NCBI GenBank assembly: GCA_038207085.1
Contig: JBBRAE010000003.1
Span: 96,001 to 160,000 of the forward strand
From: Armatimonadota bacterium
GTDB lineage: Bacteria; Armatimonadota; UBA5829; DTLH01
Reading direction: 5' to 3'
DNA length: 64,000 nt
Of this stretch, positions 9,401-15,285 are shown one piece after another. Within the stretch, counting starts at the first letter, position 1. Each line of letters starts with the position of its first letter. The notes beneath the pieces were generated by a model. The model had not been told where the DNA came from. It searched no databases and was given only the letters and a program-made list of their open reading frames with translations. The translations under genes and the position numbers were made by a program.

Positions 9401-10473
9401 CTGCCCGTTGGCTGCAACCTGTACAGGTAGTTGACGCCGCCAGCAAACGAGGTCGGTGTTCCACCGTCTTCAGGCTTCATAAAGTGTGGCTTGTAGCCAC
9501 GGTTTCTCAGTTCCGGAAACGGATAGAGCTCGTCGAGAGGGTCAAATATGTTCATATAGTCCAGATACAGGACCACGCCCGTGGGCGTTGCATACTGGCT
9601 GAACTCGTCCATCCAGAGATAGTCGTCCCAAAGCCACGGACTCGGAGGAAGGTCTGACGAATTGTAGTAGCGCACACGAAAGTCGAAGGTGGTGCTGGAT
9701 GCGCCATTGTCAGGTGTGGTCGGATTGACCTGCACAACCGGCGACGGAGCAACCGGCGTTATCGGGTCCGGACCGCTGAATTGACTGGGCCACGATTGCC
9801 CATTGTAACACTCAAGCCGGTCCGCACCATCTGTCGCCGCGTCCCAAGGGGTACCCCAGTCAACGACGTCGTCGCTTGGATCGTTGGGATCGCCCGCGGG
9901 GTTTGAGCTATAGGTAGGCATCGACGGAACAACCGTGACGGTGACATCTTGCCTGATGTCCGGCTGACCGGGCACACCTATCACCAGCGTGACAATGGCA
10001 CCCCCCGGCTTCAGCGCGCGCGCATACCACATTCCGTTACCGAAAGGATCTCTCAGGAGCAGTGGATTGCCAAGATCAGGCGGAACAGTGCTCGCGTCCT
10101 CTCCGTCCTGCAGACGCTGCTTGCTGCACTGATGATTCTTGTTAGACAGGTTGAGGCCGCGGCTCACAGCAACCCGGTAAACTCTCTGTGTGCCGTCGCT
10201 TTCCCCGACAGACAGATAAGTGCTGTTCTGAGCGCCAGACCAGTCAGACTGGTACATAATAAATGGCGTACCAAGTCCCAATATCTTGACGTACGTAGGT
10301 TGCGGTTCAGTCGAGGTGACTTTGACGGTAACCTTGATGTTCCATATCGAGTTAGTGGTCTGCTTCGAGCTTCCAAACTCGATGGTGCCGCTGGCGCCAA
10401 AAGCCGGCACGACGACAAATGCCATAAGCACCAGCATCACCGCTAAGGTGACTCGCCTGCATACTCCTGTCAT
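3481..10473 (-). CDS. Giant (2330 aa) secreted repeat protein with S8 subtilisin-like peptidase domain
   Basis: Signal peptide; S8 motifs VAVLDSG, HGTQVAG, AAAGND, GTSIATPHVAG; seven imperfect beta-rich repeats; C-terminal LVAGWNMIGSPY domain; GGAAGGAAGG upstream. Confidence 0.85.
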   Translation of the reverse strand: MTGVCRRVTLAVMLVLMAFVVVPAFGASGTIEFGSSKQTTNSIWNIKVTVKVTSTEPQPTYVKILGLGTPFIMYQSDWSGAQNSTYLSVGESDGTQRVYRVAVSRGLNLSNKNHQCSKQRLQDGEDASTVPPDLGNPLLLRDPFGNGMWYARALKPGGAIVTLVIGVPGQPDIRQDVTVTVVPSMPTYSSNPAGDPNDPSDDVVDWGTPWDAATDGADRLECYNGQSWPSQFSGPDPITPVAPSPVVQVNPTTPDNGASSTTFDFRVRYYNSSDLPPSPWLWDDYLWMDEFSQYATPTGVVLYLDYMNIFDPLDELYPFPELRNRGYKPHFMKPEDGGTPTSFAGGVNYLYRLQPTGRWGVLTGTAGVFPPTPQWTNEYMSLLMGNYHYYFSCSDDHLYFWDKEQLFFYNGLGKDLWGFDFGQRSGTPIDPSTPIQGDPSNVAWTGDNVPIPEGYSRYLVDDNGNPFMAHKAGRTYSTWGDEFSEPRDWQLWVDRVNKVPGRFEPTDGLYAHYPFPYPYPSTEHPEVTIALEGFGHAKDTGIDGFVGTLKPYRRAVNPCVSTPWDPTGFRNWSLRMESSGATLGTTLNFRIKYYQRDNKPPREIRLLINNKPVKLIDSTKQLNPENGDFVSYSMKPAQYTNDGRYQAPPYNYESGVEYLVSLSGREIGAGPHTYFFLANDGVATAIFPARPDDWVYGTFDLNDWDVPGYYPGSDLSVLSGMDNNYVPGPYVNNPVVLSDATVNPTTGTPGQKFVFRINYKDIDGPSELISGDANTKITSATDPQGQRPYRASVYLDTGTTADYGYGPGIIKADMVKEDPRDIDYTDGCWYVFDSASLDAATMAHGVRRHKFEFVDDWGRQSDPNDRIEGEITKFPATGIWIEGPTATNNPKPRLRDGKVESTDGTTNSATLWKFGVNYFSLRDVAPNYVSVYVGEIQEDGKSIKWDSGHDMVKANPSDKTYSDGCQYIFQTQLKGYGTVAAPASVEVQSATLSALGVNALDQTLANGKPAYASGRAIVHLKTPPAGTDAVTYRNQALNALGVTLIRPLKLANSYLVKVGTGKTVADVVNASRNIAVVKNATPDYLAYEQAEPNDTHWDKLWSLRMINADKVWEFEKGQPSVIVAVLDSGVSPTHPDLQGRLLPGWDAADGDDDPSPGLSGHGTQVAGIIAAQGNNGLGVVGVCWDGVKILPVKVEPDDSEGMPTSAIIDGLEYAKTQGAHVVNMSIGGAVGSPELREKLHELSLAGIILVAAAGNDGIAQVSFPAAFDDCIAVAAVNQKENLAFYSNYGPEIDIAAPGGEDIDVVDNSDSQIWSTRWANGVDDYAAIQGTSIATPHVAGAAALLLSTGMSAQEVKDKMLWGARVPKSGNLVPVAYGHGILDVERALTATEPQGPDTDTYDPGTYVYSFVATDGANMATYVPADEPNIEKRSESAGCMMQDPLIPTDPLLPQVYHSSKFPIVGTLAKEPVRTGALIDPIVYRWPKGDEANAEIVSRIDDYVCTGNYYLPTVVYRVDEVDPAFQPSISGVLGVYLNEDLSGTNYFLAEDGTPGGYQPGYDYSLGIYDVIILQRELPYGAGRVYIKYRHGDAYEGDYTLDRWTGTFSFVRVQDPEDVFLTDYFFTSRSLMDSAGQGTIGPIGLNTAPTLTSPGLTPLTGDSEDEFIYTVTYKDTDGPNGQAPFYVRVIIDGFPYDMNAINQGTPSYRAGVTYEYKTKDLTSGSHNYYFEASDGYTMVVADSNVATAAIEPIKGPWVNDPPILENGLLEPDVLGAISVYDSVTYKVTYKDPDNDAPYAGTPKVFVDNSAETEKTGTVESLIPDPIDMGKYRGIRVASGNFTAGQFAGKLMQITSGVLNGRIYLISNNTTNTLSIMTDDLSADGLAVGSTFTVGSVKMFKLDASQQNYVAGVTYSVTVPQLGLGSHQFHFKAASTLTSPDWLTPAPVMSEWVRYPLSGEQFGPTVSVESDPQNPNHEPVLHGVNPIVEPTLGSAAGPFQFNVKYSDVDGDSPGYHNRLLGYIRVVFNNGAFSADMLPANNGSYITGRMFTVSASNLSLPAGTYTFHFEASDGRIESSVRWPELLPGESTTSVNDPEITIQGSSGGDTTAGDRRVVATIDKNEPDISTPVIDMLSSPIIPGDGSAVTMWGATRVGLMRINIWDPAAQMYRTYGAAGFPTMLPGMAMWIQPQSSYPAEGIDQSDPPTPVSTGDVLDFSKLYRLLKPTGDLYSQNADCAIDLVAGWNMIGSPYQQSTSLASATVTRLGVTKTFAQASASGSDKWIAGYVWMWDAAAGAANPANGYKLVQPGTARTTIDPWRGHWIKVYKDCTLVLSAP

Positions 10474-10608
10474 AGATTCTTACCTTCCTTCCAGCATATC
10501 CTCTTGTCCAATGGACAAAATAGCCGGGGCAAAGATCATCGAGAGAAATGACCCCGACACGGTTAACTCTCTACCCTGGCAGCCAGCAGATATGTTTGTA
10601 ATGGGGTT

Positions 10609-10636
10609 CGCCTGGCGCTGGTTTGTGCGCCAGGCG
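10609..10636 (-). terminator. Stem-loop after the 10653-12356 gene
   Basis: CGCCTGGCGC...GCGCCAGGCG perfect 10-bp inverted repeat; no U tract, so it may be a stabilising hairpin. Confidence 0.45.
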
Positions 10637-10652
10637 TAACAAGGAACCGTCG

Positions 10653-12356
10653 CTACGGCACTGCCGGAGCAAGCGGACGGAATGCGTTGATTTCACTATA
10701 GATATAGCGCTGGTTCGGCCTACCGGTTGGTGGCACAGGACCAGGGCTATCACCCGCCGCCCGTGCTCCTACTCTCCAGTAGACGAGTTGGGTGTTGGGA
10801 ATGTTTCTGAACAGCCCGTAAAGCGTTTCGTTGACGGTATAACTCACGGTCTGACCCGCAGGGGACGGCCTCGCGGTTATAGTACTACTCACGAACTCAG
10901 GACTGCTAAAGATGGGGTTGGTCGAAACCTCAACCACATACGTGTCAGCCCCAAGCTGCGAGAGCCACTGGAAGGTGATCCTGTGCAGGTTCTGTGAACT
11001 ATCGGCAACAGGAACGGTCAGGTTCGCAAGCGGACTCCTCGGCAGAGGAGTAGCCACACCCACGGCAGGCTTCTTCACGGTACTGCGACCTTCGTAGGTG
11101 ATTCCGCCAGTGGTGTCTGTCGTGCCGGTGCCCGTGCCTCCACTGTTATCCTGGCCCACTGCAACCTGATATGTAGCCGACACATAGTACTGGTGCGCCA
11201 CACCCGGAGTTGCGCCGGTGTCGAGGTAGAAAAGCTGCCCAAAGCCGGGAAGAACCGTTGCAATCGGAGCGGTGGCGTTGTCGCGCCAAACCGAGTAGTT
11301 GGTCACGTTGAGCCCCTTGCCAAGCGTCCCGGGGTCCCAGGAGACCTTGACAGATGCAGTTCCATCAGCAGCCACCGCCGGCTCAGCGGTCACGTCGCCT
11401 ACGTCCTCACCATTGCTGCGCCAAAGCTGCGCGGCGATAGCCACAACACCCAAGGCGACAAGCAGGTTCTTGAACCTTGTCTTGCCCCTGACCTTGTTAT
11501 TGTTCGTAGGAGCAGCGCCGCTGGCGAGGGTGACTTTTTCGCCCCTGTCAACGGTCGGCATGTCGAACACTGCCCGGGCCCTGTCCTCAGGACGTATGCC
11601 ACGGGTCTGCTTGGTGATCGCAGCAGTAGAAACAAACGCGTCTACACGAGTAGTAATAAGCTCACCAATGATCTCACGATCTCGGGTGACGACCATTCTC
11701 ATACCGGAGCGGATACCGTCGCGCGCCCCCTTGTTCAGGAGAACTTCGTTGGTTCCCGTAGTATTCTGAACGGTCGCTTCGGGAATAACGTAGTCGATCA
11801 TCGTCTTGACGGCAAGATACGCCGCGTTGTCGATGGCCTGCGCGATAAGCATGTCGTCGTCGGCATTGTCGCCGACTCTGGAGTGGCTATAGCCGCTCTG
11901 AACGGCGCCGTTGATGAGCTCGCCCGAGGACTGGTCGATCATTCGGATGTAGACCGTCACCGATGCACGCCTTGCGCCCTTGTCGCCGCGCACTTCGACG
12001 GACTTGATCGTACCTTCGATCATAGCCTCAGCCGCCAGCGCTTCGCCAAGCCGACTCAACTCAACAGCCGAAAGAGGAGGCCTGATGCCAAGCTCCTTCA
12101 TCTGTGACTCAATCTGGGCACGGGTGATCACGTCAAAGCGATTTGACTTGCTAAGCTCGATCACAACCGCATCGGTTGTGGATCTTGCCAGCAGATTCCC
12201 CTGCACGCCTGAGTCGTTGCGGAACTCGACTACACCCACCTGCATGGGTGTCAGTCCCTGCGCCTGTACCGGCTGCGGACACAGCTGCAGCACGAGGCCG
12301 AGAATCATAATGCAGGCCATAACTTGGTACAGCCTTCTGTATCTTTTCAGGTTCAA
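10653..12356 (-). CDS. Secreted CsgG/FlgT-like protein with internal hydrophobic helix and C-terminal FN3/Ig-like domains
   Basis: TTG start with AGGAGG RBS; signal peptide; VGVVEF...RFDVITR...RLGEALAAEAMIEGTI...IRMIDQSSGELI; FlgT C-terminal-like VLLNKGARDGIRSGM; FN3-like VSWD...NYSVWRD...YYVSA. Confidence 0.7.
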   Translation of the reverse strand: MNLKRYRRLYQVMACIMILGLVLQLCPQPVQAQGLTPMQVGVVEFRNDSGVQGNLLARSTTDAVVIELSKSNRFDVITRAQIESQMKELGIRPPLSAVELSRLGEALAAEAMIEGTIKSVEVRGDKGARRASVTVYIRMIDQSSGELINGAVQSGYSHSRVGDNADDDMLIAQAIDNAAYLAVKTMIDYVIPEATVQNTTGTNEVLLNKGARDGIRSGMRMVVTRDREIIGELITTRVDAFVSTAAITKQTRGIRPEDRARAVFDMPTVDRGEKVTLASGAAPTNNNKVRGKTRFKNLLVALGVVAIAAQLWRSNGEDVGDVTAEPAVAADGTASVKVSWDPGTLGKGLNVTNYSVWRDNATAPIATVLPGFGQLFYLDTGATPGVAHQYYVSATYQVAVGQDNSGGTGTGTTDTTGGITYEGRSTVKKPAVGVATPLPRSPLANLTVPVADSSQNLHRITFQWLSQLGADTYVVEVSTNPIFSSPEFVSSTITARPSPAGQTVSYTVNETLYGLFRNIPNTQLVYWRVGARAAGDSPGPVPPTGRPNQRYIYSEINAFRPLAPAVP

Positions 12357-12552
12357 CGAAACTTCCTCCTAAGGTCGACTAAAGTTGAAACCGCGTTGTC
12401 TCTTTGGAGCTAATTTTGGGGCGGCGAATTATGCCTTCCGAACACCGGTGGCGCTTGCGCCGCGATAGACCATTAAGGGACGGCGCGCATAGCGCCGTCG
12501 ACATGAATACTGGCGTACCAGTCACAAACCCACTCAGAGATTCATTGGCTTC

Positions 12553-12582
12553 AATATAGCACAACTGCTGAGTTTAACGCAA
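12553..12582 (-). promoter_or_regulatory. Putative sigma70 promoter for the envelope cluster
   Basis: Minus strand TTGCGT-N18-TATATT with TGn extension; about 190-nt leader. Confidence 0.45.
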
Positions 12583-12607
12583 GTAATTCCGACGCCTGGT
12601 TCACGCT

Positions 12608-13231
12608 CTACGGACGGTCCGCACTGCCGCATCTGCCACCAATCGACCTCCACATCCGCTCGACCTGCGCTCGCGTATCCGAAAGGCTCGTATCGGTGTG
12701 GATTATCCAGTCCGCGACTCTCACTTTCTCAGAGATCGGAAGCTGGGCGGCTAGGCGCTGACGCGACTCCTCCGCAGAGTATCCTCTTGTTGTCAGACGA
12801 TTCAACTGCTCATCTTGTTCCGCTGCAACCACAACAACATTGTCAACGAGCCAAGAAATATCTAGTTCTACCAAAAGCGGGATCTCAACCGCTAGCACAT
12901 CAGGGCCATCGGCACTGCTTCGAAACTGGGCGATGCGTCTCTCTATCTCAGCGATAATCCGGGGATGGGTGATGGAATTGAGCTTTTCAAGCGCTTTTGG
13001 GTCGCCGAAAACGATCCCGGCCAGCCTCGAACGGTCGAGGCTGCCGTCGGGCGTGACCAAATCCCCTCCAAACCCGCGCGCGACCTCCACGAAACCCTCA
13101 CTGCCCGGCGCGAGCACCTCCCGGGCGATCTCGTCGGCAGAGAATGTCAAAGCCCCGAGCTCGCGCAGCATTTCCGTAACGGTCGATTTTCCGGTGGCGA
13201 TTCCACCGGTTATTCCAAGCACCTTAGCCAT
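12608..13231 (-). CDS. coaE: Dephospho-CoA kinase
   Basis: GITGGIATGKS P-loop, ADEIAR, LNSITHPRI, EIPLL; start moved to ATG 13231 (MAKVLG). Confidence 0.95.
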   Translation of the reverse strand: MAKVLGITGGIATGKSTVTEMLRELGALTFSADEIAREVLAPGSEGFVEVARGFGGDLVTPDGSLDRSRLAGIVFGDPKALEKLNSITHPRIIAEIERRIAQFRSSADGPDVLAVEIPLLVELDISWLVDNVVVVAAEQDEQLNRLTTRGYSAEESRQRLAAQLPISEKVRVADWIIHTDTSLSDTRAQVERMWRSIGGRCGSADRP

Positions 13232-13297
13232 ATCACTACCATAACAGGATACCGCAAATCGCACTGACCGGCAAGCTGCAATTACTGCCATTACGTA

Positions 13298-13338
13298 CAA
13301 AAAGCCGGGGACCACGAACACGTCGCGATCCCCGGCTC
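13298..13338 (-). terminator. Rho-independent terminator of rpsA
   Basis: Minus strand AGCCGGGGA...TCCCCGGCT followed by a T run. Confidence 0.75.
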
Positions 13339-13384
13339 TACAACCTCACATGACGGCGCAGAGCGCTATCACAGAGTGCTATCT

Positions 13385-15052
13385 CTAGTCTTCTTTGGGC
13401 TCCTCAACGGGAGTCTCCTCTGCTGCGGGAGCTTCTTCAGCCTCTGCAACAGGGGTTTCTTCAACTTCAGCAACCGGAGCTTCCTCAACCTCGGCAACAG
13501 GAGCTTCTTCAGCTTCTGCGACAGGGGCTTCCGCTGCTACAGTCTCAGTCTCAGCTTCGACTACGGGCTCAGCCTCCGCCTCGGTTTCGGCAACTGCTTC
13601 AGCCTCAACCTCAACGACAGCTTCCGCTTCAATTTCCACATCGGCGAACATCGGCTCGTCGATCGGAATTTCCATTTCCTCCATATCCTCGGAGATGTCC
13701 TCAGCCTCTCGAATCTTTCGTTTCTTCTGACTCTTCTGGCTCTTCTGCTCGAACATATCTCCTACGAGGTCGCCGATAGTTGTCTTCGGCTCTTCGCGGT
13801 TGTAGGAACCGTAGTTCATCGGCTCACGGCGCTCTGTCTGCTCGCGAACCGGCTGCGGCTGCAGCGCTCGGAGGGACAGGGTCATTCGGCGCTCCTCAGG
13901 GCGCATATCGATAACCTTGATCTCCACCTCTTCGCCGACGGTGACGACGTCCTCAGGCTTGCTTACACGGCGAACCGCAAGCTCGGAGTTCGGGATGATA
14001 CCTTCGATCCCGCCCTCGACCTGAACAAACGCGCCAAACGGCACGAGTCTGGTGACGTTGCCCTTGATGACATCGCCAACCTTGTATCTCGCAGCGATCT
14101 CCTGCCACGGATCGGGGAGAATCTGCCTGAGGCCAAGGGAAACCTTGCCCGCGGTCAGGTCCATCTTGAGGACCATAACCTGGATCTTGTCTCCGACCTT
14201 GACGGCCTCGCTCGGATGCTTGATCCGGGTCCAGCTCATCTCGCTGATGTGCAGAAGTCCGTCGATTCCACCGAGGTCGACAAATGCGCCGTAGTCGGTG
14301 ATCCTGCGGACGACGCCGCCCCTGATCTGACCCTCCTCAAGGGTAGCAATGGTCAGTGTGCGCTGCTTCTCGCGATCCTCTTCAACAGCTAGTCTGTTGG
14401 AAAGAACCACCTTGCGGCGCTCGCGGTCTACTTCGATGACCTTAAGAGCAAGCGACTGCCCGACATACTTGTCGAGGTTCTTGATCTTGCCGCTGCCAAC
14501 ATGTGAGGCAGGAACGAACCCGCGGATGCCGAGGTCGACTACAAGCCCACCCTTGACGCGGTCGGACACCATAGCCGTAACGACCTTGCCATCCTTGTGG
14601 CACTGCTCAACGCGAGTCCACGCCTGCTCGAAGTCTGCCCGCTTTTTGGAGAGAATAAGGGCTCCGTCCCCATCTTCCGGCTGCATGACGTAAACGTCAA
14701 TACTTTCGCCGACAGATACGATGTCTTCCGGGTCCAGGCTGGAGTCCCGGCTAAGCTCGTGCGGCCTGATAAGTCCTTCGGACTTGGTGCCGACATCAAC
14801 GAGCACACCTTCCTTATCTATGTGAACAACAACCCCTTTTACGACATCGCCCTCAGTAAGTGACCTGAAGGTCCTGCCGTAGTCCACCGCTGATTGCTTT
14901 GCGAATTCAGCGGCAGCAGTGGCTGCCGATTCTGCTGCAGGCGCGGCCTGCTCGGCTGCTTCATCTCCGGCGTCTTCTCTGGCCTGGAAAGGTGTTCCTG
15001 ACCACTCCGCGTGCTCGGTCGCGTTCTCGTTATCCTTCGTCTCGTCCCACAT
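13385..15052 (-). CDS. rpsA: 30S ribosomal protein S1 (four S1 domains, long acidic tail)
   Basis: VDVGTKSEG, VKGGLVVDLGIRGFVPAS, DYGAFVDLGGIDGLLHISEMSW, PFGAFVQ. Confidence 0.95.
   Translation of the reverse strand: MWDETKDNENATEHAEWSGTPFQAREDAGDEAAEQAAPAAESAATAAAEFAKQSAVDYGRTFRSLTEGDVVKGVVVHIDKEGVLVDVGTKSEGLIRPHELSRDSSLDPEDIVSVGESIDVYVMQPEDGDGALILSKKRADFEQAWTRVEQCHKDGKVVTAMVSDRVKGGLVVDLGIRGFVPASHVGSGKIKNLDKYVGQSLALKVIEVDRERRKVVLSNRLAVEEDREKQRTLTIATLEEGQIRGGVVRRITDYGAFVDLGGIDGLLHISEMSWTRIKHPSEAVKVGDKIQVMVLKMDLTAGKVSLGLRQILPDPWQEIAARYKVGDVIKGNVTRLVPFGAFVQVEGGIEGIIPNSELAVRRVSKPEDVVTVGEEVEIKVIDMRPEERRMTLSLRALQPQPVREQTERREPMNYGSYNREEPKTTIGDLVGDMFEQKSQKSQKKRKIREAEDISEDMEEMEIPIDEPMFADVEIEAEAVVEVEAEAVAETEAEAEPVVEAETETVAAEAPVAEAEEAPVAEVEEAPVAEVEETPVAEAEEAPAAEETPVEEPKED
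13427..13632 (-). repeat. Coding tandem repeats (24-nt EEAPVAE[AV] and about 18-nt EAEAVV units) in the rpsA tail
   Basis: GGAGCTTCTTCAGCCTCTGCAACA-like units repeated about four times at 13428-13532, followed by degenerate shorter units. Confidence 0.8.
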
Positions 15053-15285
15053 CGATGTATGGCACTCCTCTCGTGGAAGCGGGCCGTGGCCGCCACGCCT
15101 ATCGGCTCATTTAGCTTCCGTAATAATTGTCATCCGCGAACCACCAGGAACTCGCGTCAAACATTGCCAGCCGACCACATACTGCCTGGTCAAGTCGGCC
15201 TAAGCCCAGGCACTGCCCGGACGTGCATATCCCAAAACGGTTTTGCACTAACCTTACGATATGATAGTCTCTCCGCAAGCTTACG

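Noticed and set aside
12357..12550. Riboswitch in the long leader of the envelope cluster
   Set aside because: Small hairpins are present, but I recognise no aptamer consensus (for example c-di-GMP) and no terminator; an Rfam scan is needed.
13427..13632. Possible CRISPR-like repeat array
   Set aside because: In-frame coding repeats without unique spacers; no cas genes in the window.
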